A stretch of 64,000 nt of DNA from Cyanophora paradoxa CCMP329 (taxonomy: Eukaryota > Plantae > Glaucophyta): assembly GCA_004431415.1 (NCBI GenBank), contig QPMI01000175.1, positions 1 to 64,000 on the forward strand. The letters run 5' to 3'. This document shows positions 21,051 to 32,708 of this stretch, in pieces. A program made the translations under genes and the position numbers. How positions within the stretch are numbered: the stretch's first letter is position 1; the number at the start of each line of letters is the position of its first letter. The notes beneath the pieces were generated by a model. It searched no databases. It had not been told where the DNA came from and was given only the letters and a program-made list of their open reading frames with translations.

Positions 21051-21754
21051 ATGAGCACCTCCACGCACACCGCATGCGCACCCCACCTCGCGCTCTCGCC
21101 CCGGGCGCTACCCCCGCAGACTCTACATCTGCCGCCCCGGCCCGCTGCGCGCGCGCCGGCCCCGCCCCTGGATCTCGATCTTGGTCCCGCCCTCGTGGCG
21201 CGCTGCACCCCCGACGGCGAGAGCGTGCCCCTCTGCGCCGCCCTCGTGGGGTACTCGCGGCTGCTCGGTCGGTGCTCGAGTGCAGCGACGCCGTCGCGGC
21301 GGCCGGGTCCGGATCCGGGACGGTCCCCGTCGACCTCCCCGCCTCGGCGGCCACCGTGCGCCTCGCCAACGCCGCCGCGTTTGGAACGTGGCCCCCCGAG
21401 CGCGAGCCGCCCGACCTCGGGGCGTACTTTGAGCTCCTCGACCTGCTCATGTTCCTCGACGCGTACCAGGGCCCGCTCGGCAGCCGCATCGTCCAGCGGG
21501 CGGCACGCCAGCTCTCCACCCAGTACGCGTCCGACCCGGGCGCGGTCCTGCGCGCGCTGGACGCCCGCTGGGGGCGCCGCGGCGCGAGCTCGAGCTCGCA
21601 ATCGGCGGGCGCCGCGCGGGCCCGGCCCCCGAAGAAGCGCAAGCGACCGGAATCCCCGGGCCCCGCGGATCCAGATCTAGAAGAGATCGAGCCCGGTCGC
21701 GGATCGAACCCGAGGCCTCGAGCTCTCTATATCTGCAGGGCGCCCCGGCCATAG
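21051..21754 (+). pseudogene. SKP1/BTB(POZ)-like gene with one frameshift; 3' end runs into module 3
   Basis: CTPDGESVPLCAALVGYSRLL / (frameshift ~21268) SVLE...VPVDLPASAATVRLA...LGAYFELLDLLMFLD resembles the SKP1/POZ fold, followed by NLS-like PPKKRKRP. Confidence 0.5.
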
Positions 21755-22812
21755 GGGAGCCCTGGACGATAATGGGAAACGCTGTATCCCACGCCCCTCC
21801 TCTCTGCGGAGCGCCCCCGCCATAGGGGAGCCCTGGACGATAATGGGAAACGATGTACCCCCGCAGATCTCCTCTCTGCGGGGCAGCCCCCGCCATAGGG
21901 GAGGCCTGGACGATAATGGGAAACGCTGTACCCCGGGGCCCTCCTCTCTGCAGATCCGGAGCGTTCCCGGCCCGCCATAGGGGAGGCCTGGACGATAATG
22001 GGAAACTTCGTACCCCGGGACCCTCCTCTCTGCGGAGGAGAGTTGCCAGAAGTTTGATTTCACAACAAAAGATTCGACTTTGGACAGCGGCAATATATAT
22101 CGAAATCGATCATGAGCTTGAAATTAAAAAGCGAGAGACGGACCATAGGAGAAAGAAGGCCTAGGGCTAATTGAAATCTAGGTGCTGATCGTGAGGCTCA
22201 GAAGCTGGAAGTTCTAGATAAGATGAGTATCGGGACCGTTCGCTTGTGCAGGTAATATTGATCATGATGACTATCGCCGATCGTGTGCTCCGTTTGGCTG
22301 ATGGGAGGAGGAGAGGGGAGGGGGGAGCTCGCCTGGGGCCCTGCATTTCTCTGCTCCCCCCCTCTCCCGTCTCTCCCTCCGGCCACGCTCAGCTCGCCCC
22401 CCTGGGGGTACTGCGTTTCCCATTTACGTCCAGGCTTTGCTCAAGGCCGCCCCTCCCCCCTCTCTCCCTCCGGCCACGCTCAGCTCGCCCCCCTGGGGGT
22501 ACTGCGTTTCCCATTTACGTCCAGGCTTTGCTCAAGGCCGCCCCCTCCCCCCTCTCTCCCTCCGGCCAAGCTCAGCTCGCCCCCCTGGGGGTACAGCGTT
22601 TCCCATTTACGTCCAGGCTTCGCTCAAGGCCGCCCCTCCCCCTCTCTCCTCTCTCCTCCGGCCAAGCTCAGCTCGCCCCCTGGGGTACTGCGTTTCCCAT
22701 TTACGTCCAGGCTTTGCTCAAGGCCGCCCCTCCCCCTCTCTCCCTCCGGCCAAGCTCAGCTCGCCCCCCTGGGGTACTGCGTTTCCCATTTACGTCCAGG
22801 CTTTGCTCAAAG

Positions 22813-22852
<40 letters not shown>

Positions 22853-22932
22853 TCCCCTCTCTCCCTCCGGCCAAGCTCAGCTCGCCCCCCTGGGGGTACT
22901 GCGTTTCCCATTTACGTCCAGGCTTCGCTCAA
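21737..22932 (-). repeat. Module 3: more diverged copy (4 B cores, spacer, 6 A cores), same orientation as module 2
   Basis: B cores at 21761, 21832, 21905 and 21987; A cores at 22405, 22496, 22588, 22682, 22771 and 22893. The spacer is homologous with indels. Confidence 0.95.
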
Positions 22933-23279
22933 GTCCGCCCTCTTAGACGCGCGCCTCCTAGACAGTGCCCGGGGGGTATGCGTGCGGTGTGGTCATTGCT
23001 GCACAGAAGCAGCGGTGCTCTCGCACGAGGGAGAGGACGGCGAGTCGGGAGAGAAACAGGAGGGGGGAAAGGGGGGGGGGGGGAGAGAAGGGGCGAGGGA
23101 GGGCGACGCCAGGCTCGCCGGCTCTCGGCCAAGCCCGGAGCTGGCCACGGCCGCGCGCGCCGGTGAGGCTCGGCGTGGGGGGGGGGTACGGGGAAAGGGG
23201 GGCGAAGGAAGAGGAGGGCAGGGGCGACGGACCGAGACGGGCCTCTGCGCAGACCGTTGTTGGACCGCCGCCGTCGCGA

Positions 23280-24540
23280 TCAGGAGGCCGTGGGCTCCGT
23301 CGCAGGCTCGCCGCGGATGCGGCGGGCGAGCTGAATGTCCTGGACGGACCGGAGCGCGCGGGGCAGGGGGTCGGGCGCAGGAGGCTTGGTGGTGGCGGGG
23401 GGCCGCACCTTGGGCTGGATGGTGATGCGCCTGCGGTGGATCGCCAAGAGGTTCGCCTCCTCAAAGTGCTTGATGAGTTGCTGCGCAGAGGGGGGCAAAG
23501 CGAGCGTGGGAAGCGCGCCCTCGGGGTCAAGGGGGGCGGGGCCGGGGCGCAAACGCGGCGGACCATCTCGCTGGCCTCGCGCAGGCACTCGATGGCCTCG
23601 CGCGTCCAGCGGAGCTCGATCTTGGGGTCTGCCCCCTCCTCGTTCTTCTCCTTGGCAATCTCGCTCCCGATCTCCTGCACCTGCGCCGCGCGGGCGCGAA
23701 AACGACGTGGCGGGGAGCGCGGGGGTGCGGCGGGAAAAGGGGGCGGGAAGGCGGACGAGGCGCTTAAAGGGCGCGTAGGGGATCAGCGGGTTCGTCGTCT
23801 GCGTCCGCGGTCTCAGTCGAACGATCCCGGGGCCACGGGGCCCGGGCCCCGCGGCGGCGGGCCGGCGGCAGCGCGGCGGCAGCGCCCACCTTTTGGTACT
23901 TGCGGATCTGCGATGCGACGCGGGATCAGGCGGCGCGCAGGCGCAGAGTCGGCTCAGCTACGGTAGGCTCGGCATGCATGCGCACCTCGCGGAGCGCCAC
24001 CGTGCCTTTCCGTCGCCGCCGCCGCCCGACGACCGGCGCGGTACGCGCGTCAGGAATCGGTGAGAGCGAGCGAGAGAGAGAGAGAGGCCGGAGCGGCGCG
24101 CGCGGGCGGGGTGCATCTATAGCTAGCTATAGCTGCGTGTATGCGTGCATGCATGCATGTGGCGTAGCTTGCATTGAGCTAGAGCGCGGCCGCGGGGCGG
24201 GGAGGGAGACGACCAGGGCGGTAGCGGTGCGGCTTCTTCACCTGCGGTGCGCATGCGCACACGTTAGACGCGCCGGCCGCGGGATGCGGCGCCGGCGCTC
24301 CGGCTGGGACGCGACGCGCGCTGCGACATCACGCACCCCGCCTGCCGCCGGAGCCGAGCGGCGGGCCGCCTTGGTAGCCAGCTTCTTGCGCGGCGCCTTG
24401 CCGCCGGTGCTCTTCTTTGCCTGCGAGAGACGGCGGACATGAGACACGATGCATATGATCGGCTGCAAGGCGGACGACGAGGACGAGGAGAAGAGCGCGG
24501 GGCGGGCGCTCTCGCTCACCGTCTGCTTGATGCGGGCCAT
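23280..24540 (-). CDS. CENH3: Histone H3 variant with CenH3/CENP-A hallmarks (9 short exons)
   Basis: Spliced product: MARIKQT|[28 protein letters not shown]|[10 protein letters not shown]|TVALRE|IRKYQK|[14 protein letters not shown]|[39 protein letters not shown]|[24 protein letters not shown]|[19 protein letters not shown]. It has an extended loop 1, Q68>K, F84>W and T107>A. Confidence 0.85.
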
Positions 24541-24706
24541 CCTCCGAGAGCGTCTGCGGGTGCGGACCTCGTGGAGCGCGCCGAGGAGCCGACTCGCTCG
24601 GGGTCCCTTTTCAACGCGCGCACGCGCACGGGGCGCGCCGAGAGAGCGACGCCGCGGCCGAGGAGCATGGCTATTGGCGTGGAAAGCGCCGCTCTGCTCG
24701 CAGGAC

Positions 24707-24921
24707 AAAAGTCTCCCGCCGGGATTCGAACCCATGATTCGAAGATGAGAGCCTCCCGCAGAACCGCACGCGTACCCCGGCCCGCACGAAGAAGGGTGCC
24801 GGCAGCCTCTGCGCGTTCATCCCTGTTGATAGCCGCGCTCTCGACTCCTGGCGGTGCGTTTGGGCCGGCGCCCGCCCTAGGAACGGTTTCCGAGGGGGTC
24901 CCCGGGGGCCGCCGGCGAGAC
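24707..24921 (-). ncRNA. Candidate Pol III structured RNA ending in a tRNA-Glu(CTC)-like 3' part
   Basis: The minus strand ends GGAGG-CTCTCAT-CTTCG-AATC-ATGGG-TTCGAAT-CCCGG-CGGGAGA-C-TTTT (anticodon arm, variable loop, T arm/B box, acceptor strand, terminator). No D arm at the expected position. GTCTCGCCGG at 24921 can pair with the 3' end. Confidence 0.4.
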
Positions 24922-27900
24922 CCGATTTCCGATCCGCTGGGCACCGAGCTCGAATTCGGCATGCAGGGACCCGCTTTACTCTTAAAAAGTGGCTTAGTGC
25001 GGATCGGATCGATCCCGCTCATTTAACAAAACGATAATCAAAAGGCGCGAGGAGTACACATCGCTTGCTTCATCGGCTCACCCGCGGCGCCGGCGGCGCG
25101 CTAGCTACACGCTTTCGCTTGTCCGAGGTACTCATCTTCGAATTCTGCAGCCGTCGCCCCATCCTCGGCAGCTGTAAGGCGGCGCGCAGGGACTCGAGCT
25201 CTCAACTATGGCGTCGCCCGGCGGGCCCAGCGCAAGCAGCTCTGAGCCAGTAGGTCCGTCCCGGAACCGCCCCTCGGACCTGCCTGGGCGCGCTGTCTTC
25301 CGATCCTGCTAAAAAACGTGTTTTCGGGGCGACATTTTGGCACTATGTTCACTATGCCCGCCGGCCATGGGCTCGGATCGGGCCGGGGCCTTTTTCAAGC
25401 GATCGCCGGCGCCGCGTCCGTCGTCCGACGGTTCGCGCTAGCGATCTCCCCGGAGTACTCGGTACCAGGGCCTAGCGATCGCCGAAGCGATGAGAAGGCT
25501 CTATAAGCGCTTGCAGCGCCGTGCAGCGGCGTGCACCGTGCAGCGGCGTGCACGTGGCCATGGATGAGCGCTAGCACTGCGGCACTGCGGAGGTGTTCGC
25601 AATTTGCGAGTGCACGTGTCCGGATCCTCAATGATTTCTCAAATTCTCATCGACGATCATGATGTCGACGGCGATTCGTCCGACGATGGTCGCATTGGTC
25701 GGCGACCGCGAATCGCGATTCGATCGCGAGTTCGGAACGCTCATGATCATTGATCACGGCTCTGCAAAGCAGTGCAAACTGCCGAGCCAATCAACAGTTT
25801 TGTGTACAGGCGATTCGAATTCAGCTTGAATTTTTTTAAGAAGTTCGTTCGATTTCGATCGCGAATCGCGATTCGCGATCGCACGAATTCGAAATTCGAA
25901 TTCGCCGCGCCGGCGCCGGCCGGCCGGCGCCGGCACGCAGCCGGCCGCGGCGCTGCCACGCTGGCCCGGCCGGGCGCCGGCGCCGGCGCTGCGGCGGCGC
26001 CGCCGGCCGGCGGCCCGCGGCCGGCGGCGGCCGGGCCGGCGACGGCCGCCTTGGCGGGGGGGTACGTGAGCGTTGTGGATTCAAGGAGGGTCGCACAATT
26101 CCAAAGAAGCGCTCCGGACCCGCCCCATCGATCGACATCGCGCCAACGAGCGCTCAGGTGCAGGCTCCCGTGCAGCGGCTTTAGTCGAATTCGCACGCGA
26201 ATTCGAAGCGCACCCATCCCGGCGGCGTTGGCGCTCGCGGCGTCTACTAGTACTACAGCTCTACAGGACGCCTTGAGAAGGCGGTCAGACATTAGGCGCC
26301 AGTTCGGTTTGTCTCTCAGGCAGCGATGGGTTCATACAGAAACGCAGCGGATAACTCATCGAGGCCGCCAGCCGCTCTGGCTCGCTTTCACGCAGCTCAA
26401 CACGAGTTGGCGCAACACGGGGAATCCACTGCCGCCGAGTGCAGCGAGGCTGTCCGTTGCGGCTCTGGATCCTGCAGCAGTTGCGAGAGCAGCGCCGTGT
26501 CTACAGGCGCGCCCGCCGCGGAGGCGGCCGCAACGTGTCCCGTAAGCCAACTGGCGGATCACCTCGAAACAACAGAGCAAGGCCGGTTGCTATTGAACGA
26601 GGTTCGCATTTTAAATGCTTCCTTTTCAGTCTGCGGGTTTCTTTGGCCGCGCCAAGCCGCCTGGATGAAACGTCGTGATTCCCGCGGCACTCGCCTGACT
26701 CATTCTCGCAGCTGTGGCGCGGTATCCACGCGGAATCTTCAAAGGACAGTTCAAAGCAAGACGGCCTTGATTATGACCGGTGAAGCTCCTGCCGAGCGTC
26801 AAGCGCGGGAGCTTTCTCTGAGCTGGCTCGTGCTTGCAGGTACTGCCGGGCCCATTTCGCAGTCCAGAAGGCTGTGTTCGTCGGACGCATTTCAATTCAG
26901 CAAGCTGCGAACCGGGCCAAGCAGGACTGGCGCCACGACAGCGCCGGAAATAACTCGGTGAGCCCTCCGCGCAGTCTGCGCTTCGCATGAACCAACGAGG
27001 GGCCGCCCAGGTCTCCCGCGCCTGCTTCCTCCGGAGCGTGCTCTCCATCGCCGCACAGCGCGCCCTTGGAGTCTGCTCTGAGCCGGAGCAGCTCGTCAGC
27101 AGGTTGGCGCCCTCGTCGTCGCCCCGCTCCCCGCCTTGCTCACCGCGCGCCCCGACAGCGCCATCTACTTTCTGCACCAGCTCGTGGAGGTGCTTACTGT
27201 CGAGCGCGCCGGCGCCCGCCGCCTCCGCTCCACACAAGGTCCGCCCAGCGCTCGAACCGCAGGATTGATCCGCGGCCGAGATTTGATCCGCGCGCTGCAG
27301 AGATAAGCGAGGGGCAGTGGACCCTTCTGACGGCTTCGGGGGCCCGAGTTGGGGGATTCCTTGACTCGCTCGCCCCCGGCGCCGAGGAGCGCGAGGCGGC
27401 CTGCGCGCCGGCCGCCGCCCCCACGGCATCGCGGGTGCGGGCGGCCCCTCGCGCTCGCCTGCGCGCGCGGCGGCCTCTGACGGCCTCGGCCCCCCCGCAG
27501 CGTCCGCGCCGCCGCGCTTTCGCCCCGCTCGTCGAGCGCGAGCTCCACTGGCTCGCCCTGGGCAACCGCCTCTCGGGGCGCTCGGGCCGCTGCGACGGTC
27601 CGCCACGCCTGCCCGCCGCCCGCCGCCCCGCCCAACGCGCCCATCCTGACTCGCTTGCGCCCAGGCGGCCGCTAAACTTTCGAAAGTTTCTCTTTCGGTG
27701 CCTTGGTGCAGCGCACCCTCGTGTAAAGATTTATTACTCTGTCCAGACTAGGTCACAGTTTCACTCAGATATAAACAATGCTAGGGCGCCCGCGCAAGAT
27801 GTTTCTTGCCGGAACCCAGCATGTATCTCCATTCTTTTGAGTCAGTTTCATACGACAGACAACCAGATAATGCAGCAGATGTCTTTCCGCAGCTATCATT

Positions 27901-28367
27901 TCGCTTGCAATGGCAAGCACTATCAGAACATCAGAACCTACGTATGCTCGCGCGCTGCGCGAGGCTCCAAAGTCTGCTCGCCTCAGGGCCTGGCCCAGTT
28001 TCAGTATCCTAGCATTTCACTGTGTGTCCGCATTTCACGTCTGCGAAGTTTGCTTTTTTTAGTCATGTTGGAGGCCTCGAGATTCACTAGTGTCCGCCCT
28101 GGTCACTCTGCAGGATGGCATTGCAGCTCGCTGCTTCTGAGAGCGCTGAAGTCCACTTCCACTTTAGTTGTGCAGTTTACTGCGAGATTAGTTCTTCCAT
28201 TCTTTCTTAAGTCATTTATAGTAGCGTAGGAAGTCGTGTGCTCGCGTCGGCATCGCTTCCCCCTCTGTCTTTAGCCTAGTGCAATAAATGAGTGCCACGC
28301 CTTAAACGAGTGCACAGCTTGCTGCGCGTCTTCGAATTCGATGTCCACGTACACAGCGCGCTGGCGA

Positions 28368-31300
28368 TCACGCCTGCTCGCGCGCGGCCTCGGGCGCCGG
28401 GGAGCCCAGGAGGAGGCGCCGGAGGGCGCGGGCGGCCCAGCGGTCGGCGAGGCCGGCGGCGACGCGGAGCGTGACGTCTACGCCGGCCTCGCGGGCCCCG
28501 TCCGCCCCCGAGAGGGCCGAGAGCGCCGCCACCGCCTCCCCCGAGCCGCCGCCCGCGCCGGCCGCCGCCGCCCGCGCCAGCAGCCGCCGCACGCTCCCGT
28601 AGCGCTCCCCCTGCCGCCAGCGCGTCAGGCGCCGCCGGCGAGCGAGGGGCGGGGCACGGGGCGCGGCCGGGGCCGGGGCAGGTGCCGGCCGCACCGCCGT
28701 CTCGGGGGGCCCGAGGTCCTCCCCGCCTCCTCCTCGTCCTCCAGCGCCGCCTCCTTCTTCGCGGGTCTGCCCCGCGCGCAGCGAGCGGGCCGATCGGATC
28801 AGACGACGGCGGCCCGAAGCGCGCGCGCGCCGGCGACGGACCGTTCACGTTTGGCTGGAGGAAGGCCCGCGCGAGGGCGGCGGCCGACTGGACGGCGGTG
28901 CGCGTGTGGGCCTCGCCGGTGCCCAGCGCGCGCCCGGCCTCCCGCTCGCGCGCGGCGGCGGCGGCGGCCTCGCGCTCCTCCATCTCGATGGAGGTGCCGC
29001 GGGCGACCTCGGCCATGAACGCCTCCCGCACCGCCTCGAGGTCGCGCCCCAGCTCGAGCCCGCCGTCCGCCTCGAGGCGGGCGGAGAGGGCGTTGGCGGC
29101 CGCGTAGGCCACCCGCACGGGGTCCCGCGCCACGTGCTCCGCCACCACCAGCGAGTCCTGCACCCCCCGGGACAACCCCGCGGCCGTGAGGCGCCGGCGC
29201 GATGCGATTGGAGGGGGGCGCGGGCCCACCAGCGCGAATCGGTCGATCAGGTCGGTCACCTCGGTGGCCACGACGTGCCGCGCGTCGGCGCCCCTGCCGC
29301 CCGCGCGTCGGGCCGGAGCTCGAGGCGGCGGGAGGACTGAAGGGGGGTACGCACTCGGAGGAGAGGAAGAGAGAGGCCGCGTCGTTGACGACTGTCGAGA
29401 CGCTGGCGGGGGCGGGCGTCGGCGGGGCGCGCCTCCGCCCCGGGGGGAGGGGTACGCGGCGCACTCGAAGTCGGGGGTGGAGGAGGCCTCGGAGAGGAGC
29501 TGTGGCGGAGAGAGTAAGGCGGGGTACGGGGCGGGGCGGGGCGGGGCGGGGCGGGGCGGGGCGTGGGGCGCGCCTGCTCGAGGCGGCCCCAGCGGACGCG
29601 CTGGTTCCGCTCGTCAAAGACGAGGCCCCGCAGGCAGCCGCGCAGCTCGGGGTCGCTCAGCAGCCTGCACGGGACGGGGGGCGGGCACCGCGCTCAGCCG
29701 GCGAGGGGGCGCGCGGGGAGGATGCGCCGCCCACGGACCGGCGGGCGATGTAGGGGTACGCGGAGCCGAGGATCTTGAAGTCGGGATCGGCGCTCAGGGC
29801 CTTCGCGGCGGGGGGCGGGGCATCAGCGGGAGGGGTACGCGGGGGCCGCGGGGGGTGCGGCGGGCGGGCGGACCAGGCCCTCGAGGACGCCGAGGCAGCG
29901 GATGATGGAGGCGTAGAAGGGGGGTACGTGGAAGCTGAACCGGAACATGATCTCCCCCAGCTCGTCGATGACGGTCTGCGAGCGGGGGGTACGGGGCAGG
30001 GCGGGCGGCGTCAGCCGGATCGATCAGAGGGGCCGCGCCCCCGGCCCCGGCCCCTGCCCCTGCCCGATCTGCGGGGCGGGGCGGGGCGGGGCGGGGTACC
30101 TTGAAGTTGAGGGTGCCGACGTTCTGGCCGAGGACGTCGGGCAGCGTGCGCCGCATCGCCTGCGTGCGGGGCGTGAGGCGCGCAGGAGAGGCGAGGCGAG
30201 GGGCGAGGGGACCTGCGTGATGGGCGACGTGTCCACCTCGTCGTCCAGGAACCCCAGCCGCTTGTACAGCTTCCCCATCTGCCCCCGCCGGCGGTCGGCG
30301 CCGGCGCGGGCGGCGGGCAGGCGGGCGGAGGTGGCGGCACCTTCTCGAAGTCGCGGTTCACGAGGTGCGTGATGGCTGCAGGCGGGCGGGCGGCGCGGTG
30401 AGTCGGGGCGGGGCGGGGCGGGGCGGGGGGGGGCGGGACGGGTGGTCGCGGCGCGGGCAGCAGCGAGGAACAGGGGGCGTGCGGGGCCGCGCACCCTCCA
30501 GGAGACCGTACCTGCGCGGCGCGCCGGCGTTCGGTCAGTCAGTCGGGCGTTCTCCGAGTGCGTGCGGGGGCGCGGGGGCGGGGCCGGGGCGGGGCGGGGG
30601 CGGACCGCTGGTAGGGCTCGACGTAGGAGACCATCCCGAAGTCCAGGAAGGCCAGCTTGCCTGCGCCGCCGCCACCGGCCCCCGCCTCGCACTGGCGCGA
30701 GAGGGAGGGGAGGGGGGGGGCAATGAAGGCGCCGCGCGCACCGTCCCGCATCGCGAGGAGGTTCCCCGGGTGCGGGTCGGCCTGCGTCCCGGGGGCCCCG
30801 CCCGCTCAGTTTGGGTGAGGAGAGAGAAGGTGTGGACGAGGGGGAAGGGGGTAGGAAATGGGGCACGTGGAAGAAGCCGTTCTCCAGGAGCTGGCGGATC
30901 GAGCACTGGATGAGAGCCTGCGGGGGATGCGGGGCTCAGAGAAACGCGGGTGACCAAGAGGAACAGGGGAGGGAAAAGGGGGTACGGGCGCGCCTCGATG
31001 ACGGGCCGGATCTCGAGCCCCTGAGCCGCGATCTCGTCCAGCGCCGTCAGCTTCGTGCCCTCCACCCTGCGCCCCGCCGGCCGGTCAGCCGCCGCGAAGG
31101 CAGCCGGGGCGGGGAGGAGGAGGGGACGCGGCGCGCCATTCCATGGTCAGCACGCGCTTCTTGGTGTGCTCCTGCGGCGCCGGGTCGGATCGAGACAGTG
31201 GCTCGGGGGCTCGGGGGGGGCGGGCGGGCGGGCGGGGCGCGGCTCGCCCAGTATATCTTGGGCACGTGGATGTTGGGCAGGCCGCCGTAGAGCTCGTTGA

Positions 31301-32622
31301 ACTTGTCCGCGTTCTTGCCCTCCAGCTCGTAGTCCAGCTCGTTGAAGAGCTGCTGCTCGAACTCCGCCACGATCACTGCCGCCGCGGGCTCTTGGGGGGG
31401 TACGCGGCGCATCGGAGGGCGGGGGGGACGGCGGCGGACCCTCGAGATCGAGGTCCAGGTCCCTCCGGACGGCCTTGATGAGCGCCGCCAGGCCGCGGGC
31501 CACGCCCTTGGCCACGAAGATGTCTGCGGCGCGGTTCGGGGGGTACGGGAGTCCCGGGGGGGTACGCCGGACCCAGGGCGATGCGCTCGCGGACGTCGGG
31601 CCGCTGCAATTTGATCGCGACCTCCTCGCCCGTCGCACGGAGCGTGCCCTGCGCGCCCGCAGCTGAGTGCGGGGGCCCCGGGGCGGGAGAGAGTAAGCCG
31701 GGTGCGGCACCTTGTAAACCTGCCCCAAGGAGGCAGCCGCGACTGGGTCCGGTCCTATGCTACTGTAGATCTGCGACAGCGGTCTCGCCGGCGGCAGACG
31801 GGGAACAACGGGGGTAAGCGCGCACCTCTGTGTGGGGTACGCCCAGCTCAGCCTCGATCAGGGCGAAAGCGAGGTCGTTGGGGTACGGCGGCAACCGGTC
31901 CTGCGCGGGCGCGTCAGGAGGGGAAAGCGAGGCGGCGGGCAGCGCTCGCCTGCAGTGAAGCCATCTCGTAGAGCACGGGAGGCGGGAGCAGGTCCGGCCG
32001 TGTGGAGAGCGCTTGGCCGACCTGCGGGGACTCCTCAGCAGGTCCGGGCAAGGGGCAGATCAATTCATGCGCGGCACCTTCACGAAAGTCGGGCCGAGCT
32101 TCGCCAGCGTCATCGCGAAGTCTTTCCCGCGCAGCCGCTGCATCTCCGGACCCCGTCGGCCGCGCTGCAGGTCCCAGAGGACACGCAGCAGCAGGCCTCC
32201 AAAGGCCGTGCCGATCTCCGCGCTCCGCCAGAGCAGCTTTGGCATCTGGCGGCTAAAGGAGAACTCGTGGTCCAATTCCCGGAGGCGGCTTGCCGAGCGC
32301 TGCAGCTGGACCTCGCTCCCCGCCCCGTCGGGATCCGTACGCGTCGTTGCCGGCGTGCCGACGATGCTTGAAGACGACGAAGAAGTACTCCCCGGCGCCC
32401 CCGTGCTGGGGCGCGGCTCCTTCACCGCTGACGCAACCAGCCGCGCGGGCGCGTGCCGCCTCCGCGGGGGGGCACGCCTTCGCGAGTTAGACGAAGCTGC
32501 TGCAAGCTCAGTTCGGAGAACGGTGTCGGCCGCGGGGACAAATTGTACGCACGCGGAACGCGGCCGAAGAACCGGCGGGACCCGCCGACCGCAGCCGACG
32601 CGGCTATTGTAGGAGCAAACAT
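28368..32622 (-). CDS. ABC1/UbiB-family atypical protein kinase (ABC1K), ~25 exons; start approximate
   Basis: Exons give LAKLGPTFVK, GQALSTRPDLLP, LQ-DRLPPY, PVAAASLGQVYK, EVAIKLQRP, ELDYELEGKNA, HVPKIYW, VLTMEW, GFFH-ADPHPGNLL, LAFLDFGM and VPPFYASIIRCLGVLE. Confidence 0.92.
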
Positions 32623-32708
32623 CAGAGCGCACTCGCCGGTCAGCGGAGGCGGCGCTGGGCGCTCCGCCGGCTTCATCCTGCTGGATTGTGGCGCCTGTAC
32701 CCGGGAGA

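Larger units (their letters stand above)
1..22932. mobile_element. Virus-like / giant mobile element island (left end lies outside the window)
   Basis: Genes are almost intronless (one intron found), unlike the intron-dense genes from 23.2 kb onward. Gene content is CRESS Rep, GIY-YIG, TFIIB, D5-like helicase, RING and SKP1-like, with frameshifts, local tandem duplications and three copies of a repeat module. The last module ends about 350 bp from the first host gene. Confidence 0.7.

Noticed and set aside
25050-28270. Genes between the tRNA-like locus and ABC1K
   Set aside because: Some exon-like pieces exist (minus strand ~26980-27200), but I could not build a coherent model or recognise a domain.
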